Shown here: positions 26,607-35,131 of the stretch, one piece after another | Layout of the letters: each line of letters opens with the position of its first letter | Numbering within the stretch: position 1 is the first letter of the stretch | Source of the DNA: Verrucomicrobiaceae bacterium | GTDB taxonomy: Bacteria; Verrucomicrobiota; Verrucomicrobiia; Verrucomicrobiales; Verrucomicrobiaceae | DNA length: 64,000 bases | Direction: 5' to 3' | NCBI GenBank assembly: GCA_947458455.1 | Contig: CANGYJ010000010.1 | Span: forward strand, 53,832-117,831 | Notes under the pieces: model-generated | Database searches by the model: none | Told to the model about the DNA's origin: nothing | The model's input: only the letters and a program-made list of their open reading frames with translations | Made by a program: the position numbers and the translations under genes

Positions 26607-27035
26607 ATGCACACACACATCGGTCTCTGGATTGATCATCGCCGCGCGGTGATCGTTTTTCCCTCCAAACTCAGCGAGGAAGCCACCATCATCCTCTCCC
26701 AGGCGGAGCGGCATCAGCGACGTGCGGAAGGCGCCCTGCCCACCGAGGCCTTCGAGGCCCAACGCGTGCAGGCAGATGATGTGCAGGACCGCAAATTCGA
26801 GCATCAGATCCAGGGCTTTTATGATGAAGTCATCGCTGCGGTCAATGGCGCGGCGGCGTTGTTTGTGTTTGGACCCGGTGAAGCGAAAGGCGAGCTGGTG
26901 AAGCGTCTCGCCCATGAAAAGCCCACCACACGCAGCGTGAACGTGGAAACGGCCGATAAGATGACCGACCGGCAGATCGCCGCGAAGGTGCGTGAGCATT
27001 TCCAAAGCGACACGCCGGTGATCGTGCTGCGCTGA
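26607..27035 (+). CDS. host-attachment-protein / aeRF1-like small protein
   Basis: MHTHIGLWIDHRRAVIVF...LFVFGPGEAKGELVKRL...DKMTDRQIAAKV resembles the eRF1-domain-3/host-attachment fold pattern. An alternative start is ATG 26580. Confidence 0.6.
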   Translation: MHTHIGLWIDHRRAVIVFPSKLSEEATIILSQAERHQRRAEGALPTEAFEAQRVQADDVQDRKFEHQIQGFYDEVIAAVNGAAALFVFGPGEAKGELVKRLAHEKPTTRSVNVETADKMTDRQIAAKVREHFQSDTPVIVLR

Positions 27036-27037
27036 TT

Positions 27038-27055
27038 GGGGTGATGACCCCATGG
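27038..27055 (+). promoter_or_regulatory. ACCCCATGG box, site 6 (upstream of dps)
   Basis: GGGGTGATGACCCCATGG followed by CG, 34 nt upstream of dps ATG 27090. Confidence 0.5.
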
Positions 27056-27093
27056 CGTCAAAGTGCGACCAGCGCCTATCGCTCGGGCGATGA
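27052..27093 (+). promoter_or_regulatory. candidate 13-codon upstream ORF overlapping the dps start
   Basis: The ATG inside box 6 opens MASKCDQRLSLGR. Its TGA overlaps the dps ATG (ATGA at 27090-27093). Confidence 0.3.
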
Positions 27094-27584
27094 AAAACAA
27101 ACTCACCCACACGCGAAACAGTCTGCCGGAAAAAATACGCCTCGAAATGGCCTCTCTGCTTCAGGACCGGCTGGCGGACTCCATCGACCTGATGATGCAG
27201 GCCAAACAGGCCCATTGGAATGTGAAGGGGCCGAACTTCATCGCCCTGCACGAGCTTTTCGACAAGGTGTACACCGAGACCGGCGAGCACGTGGACCTCA
27301 TGGCGGAGCGGATCGTGCAACTCGGTGGCGTGGCGCGAGGCACGGTGCGTGTCGCGGCGGAAAAATCCACGCTGCCGGAATACTCCGTGGACATCTCCAG
27401 CGGTCGCAAACACGTCGCGGAGCTAGCCCACGCGATCGCCTTTTATGGCGAGCAAGTGCGCAAAGCCATCGAAACGGCCAACCAGCTCAAGGATGCCGAC
27501 ACGGCGGACATTTTCACCGAAGTATCCCGCAGTGCCGACAGCAGCCTGTGGATCGTCGAGGCGCATGAACAAGCCGAACATTGA
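27090..27584 (+). CDS. dps: DNA starvation/stationary-phase protection protein Dps
   Basis: Ferritin-like Dps motifs are present: QAKQAHWNVKGPNFIALHELFD and DLMAERIVQLGG. Confidence 0.95.
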   Translation: MKNKLTHTRNSLPEKIRLEMASLLQDRLADSIDLMMQAKQAHWNVKGPNFIALHELFDKVYTETGEHVDLMAERIVQLGGVARGTVRVAAEKSTLPEYSVDISSGRKHVAELAHAIAFYGEQVRKAIETANQLKDADTADIFTEVSRSADSSLWIVEAHEQAEH

Positions 27585-27591
27585 TCCCAAT

Positions 27592-28629
27592 ATGAAAGCA
27601 CTCGTTTACCACGGCCCCGGCTCGAAAAGCCTCCAGGACATGCCAAAGCCCGCCCTGCAGAATGCGACGGATGCCATCATTCGCATCACGAAGACCACCA
27701 TCTGCGGCACGGATCTGCACATCCTCAAAGGAGACGTGCCCAGCGTCACCGAAGGTCGCATCCTCGGCCACGAGGGCACCGGCGTCGTCGAAGAGATTGG
27801 CAGCAGCGTCACCCGCTTTCATGTGAGTGACCGCGTGATCATCTCCTGCATCACCGCCTGCGGAAAATGCGAATTTTGCCGCCGTGGCATGTGCTCTCAG
27901 TGCGAGCACGGCGGCTGGATTCTCGGCAACACCATTGACGGCACGCAGGCAGAGCATGTGCGCATCCCGTGGGCAGATACGAGCCTGCACCCCATCCCGG
28001 CGGACGCTGATGAGGAGGCCATGGTCATGCTCAGTGACATCCTGCCCACCGGCTATGAATGCGGCGTGCTGAATGGCTGCGTGAAGCCCGGCGACACCGT
28101 CGCCATCATCGGCGCGGGTCCCATCGGCCTCGCGGCGCTGCTCACGGCCCGTTTTTATGCACCGGCGGACATCATCATGATCGACCAGGATGAAAGCCGA
28201 CTCGACATCGCCAAAAAACTCGGTGCCACCATGCTCATCGACACCCGCGATGGCCGTGCGGTGGAGAAGGCCATGGCCATGACACTCGGCAAAGGCGTGG
28301 ACGTCGCCATTGAGGCCGTCGGCGTGCCGGAGACCTTTGAGCTGTGCCAGTCCATCATCGCCGCCGGAGGCCACATCGCCAATGTCGGCGTGCATGGTCA
28401 AAGCGTGCCGCTGCATCTGGAAACGCTGTGGTCGCGGAACATCACCATCACCACCCGCCTCGTGGATGCCGTGACGACGCCACTGCTGCTCAAAACCGTG
28501 ATCGCTGGCAAGCTGGAGCCGAAGCAGCTCATCACCCATCGTTTTGCCCTGCACGACGTGCTGGCAGCCTACGAGACCTTTGGCAACGCGGCCCGCGAGC
28601 GTGCGCTGAAGGTGATCCTCACTTGCTAG
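27592..28629 (+). CDS. zinc-dependent alcohol dehydrogenase (MDR family)
   Basis: GHEGTGVVEEIG, structural-zinc Cys cluster CGKCEFCRRGMCSQC, and Rossmann motif IIGAGPIGL. Confidence 0.92.
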   Translation: MKALVYHGPGSKSLQDMPKPALQNATDAIIRITKTTICGTDLHILKGDVPSVTEGRILGHEGTGVVEEIGSSVTRFHVSDRVIISCITACGKCEFCRRGMCSQCEHGGWILGNTIDGTQAEHVRIPWADTSLHPIPADADEEAMVMLSDILPTGYECGVLNGCVKPGDTVAIIGAGPIGLAALLTARFYAPADIIMIDQDESRLDIAKKLGATMLIDTRDGRAVEKAMAMTLGKGVDVAIEAVGVPETFELCQSIIAAGGHIANVGVHGQSVPLHLETLWSRNITITTRLVDAVTTPLLLKTVIAGKLEPKQLITHRFALHDVLAAYETFGNAARERALKVILTC

Positions 28630-28855
28630 ATCGCGAGGTAGAGCCCAGCGGCAACGAGTTGGCGAAGCAAAGTTATCCTCTCGCTCCGCGAGAGGACCAT
28701 GACGCATGGCAGGCTCGCAAGCTTTAGAACTCCCGTAACCGCGTGATTCGCGAGAGCCTAATGCTCATCTTGCGGAGCGAGATGGCCACTGTGCTGGCGC
28801 ACGTCCGCTGCCTTCATGTGATTGGAAGACTTCTCAACCTAGCTCGAATGAGTCT

Positions 28856-28873
28856 GGGGCATGCACCCCATGG
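28856..28873 (+). promoter_or_regulatory. ACCCCATGG box, site 7
   Basis: GGGGCATGCACCCCATGG, 33 nt upstream of ATG 28907. Confidence 0.45.
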
Positions 28874-28906
28874 TGAGGCATTCGTGACTGGGCGAGACTC
28901 ACGACC

Positions 28907-29320
28907 ATGAAATCTCACTCACCCCCTCCTTTCTTGCTCTTGGTCACCGCTTTCGCCGCTCTCGGCCTCGCCTCATGCGTCGTGCCGGGGAGTTACGACG
29001 ATGGCAGTTACGGGAGCCGCGGTCGCTCCTCCTACAGCAGCGGCGTCGGTATTTTCACCACCCTGCCTGTCGGCTACGCCGGAAACGCCTACTACCACGG
29101 CAACCGCTACTACTCCGGCGGTCGTTATGAAACCGGAGCCTTCAATTACCAGGGTCGTCGCTATGACAACCGCTACCAGCAAGGCAATGGCTCCTACCTC
29201 TACGGCGGTCAGCACCAGCACTACCCCGGCCATTCATCCTCCCACGGTCGCGGCTCACACGCCTCCTTGATGCCCGGCGCAGGTTTCCAACCCAGTTACT
29301 CCCCCTTCCGGCGGCCATGA
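28907..29320 (+). CDS. Gly/Tyr/Ser-rich lipoprotein
   Basis: Lipobox ALGLASC, followed by low-complexity G/Y/S/R-rich sequence. Confidence 0.6.
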   Translation: MKSHSPPPFLLLVTAFAALGLASCVVPGSYDDGSYGSRGRSSYSSGVGIFTTLPVGYAGNAYYHGNRYYSGGRYETGAFNYQGRRYDNRYQQGNGSYLYGGQHQHYPGHSSSHGRGSHASLMPGAGFQPSYSPFRRP

Positions 29321-29576
29321 ATCTGCTCACGCTGCTAAGGCGATTACCCCGCTTTGTTCCGCTCCGATCTCCGGTGTGCATGACGCCGGAGATCAAGCGC
29401 CCAGATTTCATCCCCCGCCCGGCCTCGAACTGTGATCGCTATGGTCATGTGATCGTGGCCGGTCCGCCGTGAGCCGGAAAAAACAAGGAAGGCGCAGTCT
29501 TGACCCACTTTTGCCGCAAAAATTGGAAGTGCATGGCCGTTGGCACAAACGTATCGCCCGCTGACACTTTCATACT

Positions 29577-32500
29577 ATGCTCAAAATGCTCTCCCTCGCA
29601 CTTCTGACACCCGCAGCCGCCTTCGCGGGTGTCGAGTTCAACAAGGACATCCGCCCCATCCTCGCGGACGCGTGCTTTCACTGCCACGGGCCTGATCCAG
29701 GCACGCGGAAGGCTGGGTTGAGGCTGGATACCGAAGCGGGCTTTTTCACGGCCAGGAAGGGCGAGGAGCCCACCGTGATCAAAGGCCAACCCGAGAAGAG
29801 CAGCCTCTACCAGCGCCTGCTTTCGACGGATGAAGACGAGATCATGCCGCCGCCGGAGTCGCACAAGGAGCTGAAGCCTGCGCAGATCGCCATGATCAAA
29901 ACATGGATCGAGCAAGGCGCTCCCTGGCAGCCGCATTGGAGCCTGATCCCTCCGCAAAAGCCCGCCGAGCCGACGGTGAAGGACAAAACCTGGGGGAAGA
30001 GTCCGGTGGATCGTTTTGTCTTATCAAAGCTCGAAGAAAAAAGCCTCACACCCGCCCCTGAAGCAGATGCGCACGCTCTCATTCGTCGTGTGAGCCTTGA
30101 TCTCACTGGTCTGCCGCCTTCGCCGGAGTTGGTGAATCGTTACGCCACCGCTGACAAGCTCACCGACGCGCAACTCAATGCGCTCGCCGATGAACTCATG
30201 AAGTCGCCGGCCTACGGCGAGCACCGCGCCCGCTACTGGCTGGATGCCGCGCGTTACGGTGACTCCCACGGCCTGCATTTCGACAAACCACGCGAGATGT
30301 GGCCCTACCGCGATTGGGTGGTGAATGCTTTCAATCGCAATCTGCCTTTCGATCAGTTCACCATCGAGCAGATCGCCGGTGATTTGCTGCCAAAGCCGAC
30401 GGAGGACCAGCTCGTGGCCACCGGCTTCCAACGTTGCAACATCACCACCAATGAAGGTGGAACCATTGATGAAGAAAACCTCGCCAACTATGCCGCAGAT
30501 CGCGTGCAAACCATGGGCTGGGTTTACATGGGGCTCACCACGAACTGCTCGCAGTGCCACGATCATAAGTTCGATCCCATCACGCAGCGTGACTACTACT
30601 CGATGGCTGCTTTCTTTCGCAATACGACGCAGAAGGCCAAAGACGGCAATGTGAAGGACGGCCTCGGCCCTGTCCTTGTGTTACCAGCGGAGAAAGACCG
30701 CCCGCGGTGGACGGCATTGCCCACTGAGATCGCTGCTTCACAAAAGCTGCAAAATGAAGCACGCACCGCCGCAGCGAAGCCTTTTGAGACATGGTTTGCC
30801 ACCGCCAAGCCTGCGGACCTAGCCGCTGACATTCCGACGAAGGGCATCATCGCCCACATCCCGCTGAATGAAGGCAAAGGCCAGGAAGTCGCGGCCACCT
30901 GTGGCGAGACAAAGACCGCGAAGACCTTCAAATCTGCGGGTGTCATCACCTGGAAACCGGATGGCAAACTCGGCCCGGCACCTGAGATCAAACCCGGCAG
31001 CAATTTTGACCTTGGCGATGTGGGGAATTTCGAGAAGGACAAGCCCTTCAGTTATGGCCTCTGGTTCCGCTCAGGCAATGTGACACAGAGCGGCAGCATC
31101 CTCGCCCGCATGGACGAGAAGAACGGCTTCCGTGGCTGGGACATCATGCAGTCGGCGAACAAAGTGAGTGTCCACATCATCAGCAAGTGGCCCAGCGACG
31201 CCTTGAAAGTGACCACCGCCAAACCGGCGCTTCGTGCCGGCGTCTGGCAACACCTCTTTGTGACCTATGACGGCAAAGGCAAAGTCGGCGGACTCCGCAT
31301 CTATGTGGATGGTGTGGACACGCCGGTGAAGACCGATGCAGCCTCGCTGAAGGGAAGCATTGTCACCAGCACACCGACCAAAATCGGCCAGCGCAGTTCC
31401 ACCCCCCTTCGTGAAGGCGGCGTTCAAGACATCCGGCTTTATGACCGCCAGCTCACTGCCACGGAAGTTCAGACGCTTGCCAAGGTGGTGCCGCTTCAGC
31501 AGTTCGTCGGAGCCAAAAAGATCCATCCCAAAAACCGCGAGGCACTTTTCGATCATTATCTCGCCACACGCGACAAGGCTTATCAGACCGCTTCAACTCA
31601 AACCAACAAGCTCACCGCTGAGAAGGAAGCCATCAAGGCACGCAGCCCCATCACCCACATCCAGGAAGAGAAGATGGACGCCAAACCCATGGCGAACATC
31701 CTCATGCGTGGAGCCTATGACAAAGTCGGCGAGCAGGTCGATGCTGCGGTGCCCGCCGCGCTCGGCAAACTCGCACCCGACGCTCCGAAGAACCGTCTTG
31801 GTCTCGCGCAGTGGCTTGTCGATGCCAAGAATCCGCTCACCGCACGCGTCACCGTGAACCGCTTCTGGCAGGAACTCTTCGGTGCCGGCATCGTGAAGAC
31901 CAGCGACGACTTCGGCATCATGGGCAGTGCTCCCACGCATCCTGAATTGCTCGACTGGCTCGCCGTCGAGTTCCGCGAAAGCGGCTGGGATGTGAAGCGC
32001 TTCCTCAAGATGCTCCTCACCTCTGCCACTTACCGTCAGGCCGCGCTCATCACGCCGGAGAAGATCGAAAAAGACCGCGACAACTCCCTCCTCAGCCGTG
32101 GCCCGCGTTTCCGCATGGATGCCGAGATGATCCGCGACTACGCCCTCGCCGCCAGCGACACGCTCTCACCTCGCATGGGAGGCCCTGGCACCATGCCGTA
32201 TCAGCCCGAAAACATCTGGGAAGTCGTCGGCCTCGGCACCGAGAAGTACAAGCAAGACAACGGCGAAAACCTCTACCGCCGCACGCTCTACAACTTCTGG
32301 AAGCGCATGTCCCCTTCCCCCAACATGGACATCTTCAACGCGCCCTCGCGTGAAGTCAGTTGCGTCCGCCGCGACCGCACCAACACCCCGTTGCAAGCGC
32401 TCGTCACCATGAACGACCCGCAGTTCATCGAAGCCGCCCGTAACCTCGCGCAGAAGGCCATCGCCTGCGGCTGCAACGATGACGCCAAAGCGCTCGCCTA

Positions 32501-32729
32501 CCTCGCCGAACGCGTGCTTTGCCGTCCGCTGAAAGCCAAAGAGCAGCCCATCCTCACCACTAGCCTCGCCGACCTCCGCAAGCACTACACCACCAGTGCC
32601 GCCGACACCGAAGCCCTCCTCAAAGTCGGCGAATCCACAGTCGATGGGAAGCTCCCCAAAGCCGAACTCGCGGCGTGGACGATGCTCACGAATCAGATGC
32701 TGAACCTGGATGAGGTGCTGAATAAGTAA
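29577..32729 (+). CDS. PSCyt1/DUF1549/DUF1553 (PSD) family protein with central LamG-like domain
   Basis: Signal peptide, CFHCHGPD haem motif, [17 protein letters not shown]...LTGLPPSP (DUF1549-like), [11 protein letters not shown] (DUF1553-like), and a central [10 protein letters not shown]... lectin-like segment. Confidence 0.9.
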   Translation: MLKMLSLALLTPAAAFAGVEFNKDIRPILADACFHCHGPDPGTRKAGLRLDTEAGFFTARKGEEPTVIKGQPEKSSLYQRLLSTDEDEIMPPPESHKELKPAQIAMIKTWIEQGAPWQPHWSLIPPQKPAEPTVKDKTWGKSPVDRFVLSKLEEKSLTPAPEADAHALIRRVSLDLTGLPPSPELVNRYATADKLTDAQLNALADELMKSPAYGEHRARYWLDAARYGDSHGLHFDKPREMWPYRDWVVNAFNRNLPFDQFTIEQIAGDLLPKPTEDQLVATGFQRCNITTNEGGTIDEENLANYAADRVQTMGWVYMGLTTNCSQCHDHKFDPITQRDYYSMAAFFRNTTQKAKDGNVKDGLGPVLVLPAEKDRPRWTALPTEIAASQKLQNEARTAAAKPFETWFATAKPADLAADIPTKGIIAHIPLNEGKGQEVAATCGETKTAKTFKSAGVITWKPDGKLGPAPEIKPGSNFDLGDVGNFEKDKPFSYGLWFRSGNVTQSGSILARMDEKNGFRGWDIMQSANKVSVHIISKWPSDALKVTTAKPALRAGVWQHLFVTYDGKGKVGGLRIYVDGVDTPVKTDAASLKGSIVTSTPTKIGQRSSTPLREGGVQDIRLYDRQLTATEVQTLAKVVPLQQFVGAKKIHPKNREALFDHYLATRDKAYQTASTQTNKLTAEKEAIKARSPITHIQEEKMDAKPMANILMRGAYDKVGEQVDAAVPAALGKLAPDAPKNRLGLAQWLVDAKNPLTARVTVNRFWQELFGAGIVKTSDDFGIMGSAPTHPELLDWLAVEFRESGWDVKRFLKMLLTSATYRQAALITPEKIEKDRDNSLLSRGPRFRMDAEMIRDYALAASDTLSPRMGGPGTMPYQPENIWEVVGLGTEKYKQDNGENLYRRTLYNFWKRMSPSPNMDIFNAPSREVSCVRRDRTNTPLQALVTMNDPQFIEAARNLAQKAIACGCNDDAKALAYLAERVLCRPLKAKEQPILTTSLADLRKHYTTSAADTEALLKVGESTVDGKLPKAELAAWTMLTNQMLNLDEVLNK

Positions 32730-32739
32730 TCCAACACTC

Positions 32740-33543
32740 ATGCCCTCCGACGCTCCATATCCCTTTCCGGGACTCAACCCCTACTTCGAGGCGGAGTGGT
32801 TTCAGGTGCATCCTTTGATGATCGCGTACGCGCTAGGCCAGATTCAAAGGCAGCTCCCCAAAGATCTCAGGGTGGTTATCGAGCAGGGCATGTCGATCTC
32901 AGCCAGACCACCCGAAGAAGACAAGCGAGCACGTCCAGATGTCTCCGTGTGGAAACTGCGTGAGGATACGCTGCTCGCCACCGCACCTCCAAACTTTGTG
33001 CCGCCTTTGACTCGGACGGTCACCTCGCCCAAGCCCAGGCATCTCGCCATCAGGCAAAGCAATGGCGATTTGATCACCGCTATCGAATTCCTCAGTCCCA
33101 CTAATAAACATTCCGGCGGTGCCATCGCCTACCTGCAAAAGAGGCAGAGCATCATCGGCATGGGGGTGAACCTCGTCGAGGTTGATCTGATCAGGAAATG
33201 GGGACTCGCGCTGGCCCAGTTCGAGACGGATGAGATGGCAGCATCCATCCGCCTGCCGGGTGTACTCATCCCCGCTCACTCGGTGAACGTTTTCCGAGCC
33301 GAAAACCCGCTTGAGCGTGAGATCTATCCCATCACCTACCAGCTTCCTCTTCCTGCCTGCAAGGTTCCACTTCGCCCAGATGATTCCGACATCTGGCTCG
33401 ACCTCCAAAAGCTTGCTGAGCAATGCCACACAGACTGCGCCTTCGATAAAACAACCGATTACACACGCCCACCCGAACCACCGCTCTCACCCGAAGATAC
33501 CACCTGGCTCGATGCCCACCTCAAAGCCAAAGGCTTCCACTAA
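32740..33543 (+). CDS. DUF4058 / Uma2-like putative PD-(D/E)xK nuclease-fold protein
   Basis: PDVSVW...AIEFLSPTNK...VNLVEVDL pattern. It sits between the DUF1553 and DUF1501 genes. Confidence 0.65.
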   Translation: MPSDAPYPFPGLNPYFEAEWFQVHPLMIAYALGQIQRQLPKDLRVVIEQGMSISARPPEEDKRARPDVSVWKLREDTLLATAPPNFVPPLTRTVTSPKPRHLAIRQSNGDLITAIEFLSPTNKHSGGAIAYLQKRQSIIGMGVNLVEVDLIRKWGLALAQFETDEMAASIRLPGVLIPAHSVNVFRAENPLEREIYPITYQLPLPACKVPLRPDDSDIWLDLQKLAEQCHTDCAFDKTTDYTRPPEPPLSPEDTTWLDAHLKAKGFH

Positions 33544-33553
33544 GACATCTCAC

Positions 33554-33583
33554 TTGAAACCTTGAAACCTTAAACTTTAAACC
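33554..33583 (+). repeat. TTGAAACC tandem motif just upstream of a start codon
   Basis: TTGAAACC TTGAAACC TTAAAC TTTAAACC, followed by a C-rich tract and ATG 33597. Confidence 0.5.
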
Positions 33584-33596
33584 TTCCCCGCCCCCC

Positions 33597-35045
33597 ATGA
33601 ACATCCTCCAAGAATGGAACACCTATCAAACTCGTCGTCAGCTCTTCGCTCGCGGTAAAAATGTGCTCGGTGGGGCGGCGCTGGCTTCGCTGTTTGGTGA
33701 GGCCTTGGCAAATGCATCGAATGCACATGCTCAAGGGCCGCAGTTCCCGCCGAAGGCCAAGCGGGTGATCTACCTGCACATGGTCGGTGGACCGGCGCAG
33801 ATGGATTTGTTCGACTACAAGCCGCAGATGCAGGCCTATTATGACAAAGACCTGCCGGAGAGCATTCGCAATGGCCAGCGACTCACCACGATGACCAGTG
33901 GGCAGGCGCGTTTCCCCATCGCTCCGTCGAAATTTGCTTTCAGTGCTGCGGGTCAGTGCGGCATGATGATGAACACGCAATTGCTGCCAAACCTCGCCAA
34001 GAATGCCGATGACATCTGCTGGATGCGTTCGCTGCATACGGAGGCCATCAATCACGAGCCGGCCATCTGCGCCATGCAGACGGGCAACCAGATCGGCGGG
34101 CGCCCCTGCCTCGGTTCCTGGGCTTCTTACGGCCTCGGCTCAATGAACTCGAACCTGCCCACCTTCGTCGTGCTCATCGCCACGCCGAGCAATCGCGAGC
34201 AGGAGCAGGCGATCTCCTCGCGCTTGTGGTCCAGTGGTTATTTGCCCGGCGAGCACGCGGGCGTGAGCTTCCGCAGCAAAGGCGACCCCATTCTCTACAT
34301 CAACAACCCGCCCGGCGTGCCCGATAGCGTGCGCAAGCGCACCATCGAAGGCCTGAACGCCCTCAACGAGATCAACTACCAAGAAGTTGGCGACCCCGAA
34401 ACGCACACGCGCATCCAGCAATACGAAATGGCCTTCCGCATGCAGGCCAGCGTGCCGGAACTCACCGACATCACCAAGGAGCCCGATCACATCTACAAAC
34501 TCTACGGCGAGGAAGCGAAAAAGCCCGGCAGCTTTGCCAACAGCGTGCTCATGGCCCGCCGACTCGCCGAACGCGGCGTGCGCTTCATCCAGATCTACCA
34601 CAACAACTGGGACCATCACTCCAACGTCGGCGGTCGCATGCCCAGCCAGTGCAAGGACGTCGATCAGCCCTGCCATGCCCTCATTCAGGATCTCAAACAA
34701 CGCGGCATGTTTGATGACACCCTCATCATCTGGGGCGGCGAATTTGGCCGCACCATCTACAGCCAAGGCGGTCTCACCAAAGAGAACTATGGCCGCGACC
34801 ACCACCCACGTTGCTTCAGCATGTGGATGGCCGGAGGTGGCATCCGCGGCGGCCAGATCTACGGCGAGACGGATGACTTCAGCTACAACATCGTCAAAGA
34901 CCCGCTACACATCAGCGACTTCCACGCCACCGTGCTCCACCAACTCGGCTTCCACGCAGACCGCTTCAGCTTCAAGACGCAGGGCCTTGACGGCAAGCTC
35001 ATCGGCGTAAACCCCGCGAAGGTGGTGAAGGCGCTGCTGGCATGA
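33597..35045 (+). CDS. DUF1501 (sulfatase-like) protein with Tat-type signal
   Basis: TRRQLFARGKNVLGGAALASLF, then conserved DUF1501-like blocks (LHTEAINHEP, WDHH, GRDHH). Confidence 0.9.
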   Translation: MNILQEWNTYQTRRQLFARGKNVLGGAALASLFGEALANASNAHAQGPQFPPKAKRVIYLHMVGGPAQMDLFDYKPQMQAYYDKDLPESIRNGQRLTTMTSGQARFPIAPSKFAFSAAGQCGMMMNTQLLPNLAKNADDICWMRSLHTEAINHEPAICAMQTGNQIGGRPCLGSWASYGLGSMNSNLPTFVVLIATPSNREQEQAISSRLWSSGYLPGEHAGVSFRSKGDPILYINNPPGVPDSVRKRTIEGLNALNEINYQEVGDPETHTRIQQYEMAFRMQASVPELTDITKEPDHIYKLYGEEAKKPGSFANSVLMARRLAERGVRFIQIYHNNWDHHSNVGGRMPSQCKDVDQPCHALIQDLKQRGMFDDTLIIWGGEFGRTIYSQGGLTKENYGRDHHPRCFSMWMAGGGIRGGQIYGETDDFSYNIVKDPLHISDFHATVLHQLGFHADRFSFKTQGLDGKLIGVNPAKVVKALLA

Positions 35046-35131
35046 TCTGACTCGCTGGCTAGTTTTTGAATTCCCTGTTTTGAAAAGCTTGGCGTAGGGT
35101 AGGGGCAACCACCCTTCCCTGCCCGCTGTTT

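Noticed and set aside
15541-28873. Reading the ATG inside every ACCCCATGG box as the true start codon of the downstream gene
   Set aside because: It is in frame with the downstream gene only at sites 2 (minus arm) and 3. At sites 1, 5, 6 and 7 it opens short out-of-frame ORFs. The box is therefore better treated as a regulatory/5'-UTR element.
13927-29400. Classic tRNA-anchored integrative genomic island
   Set aside because: I found no integrase or excisionase gene and no direct repeat of the tRNA-Phe 3' end by eye, and composition is similar to the flanks. I report only a possible eroded relic.
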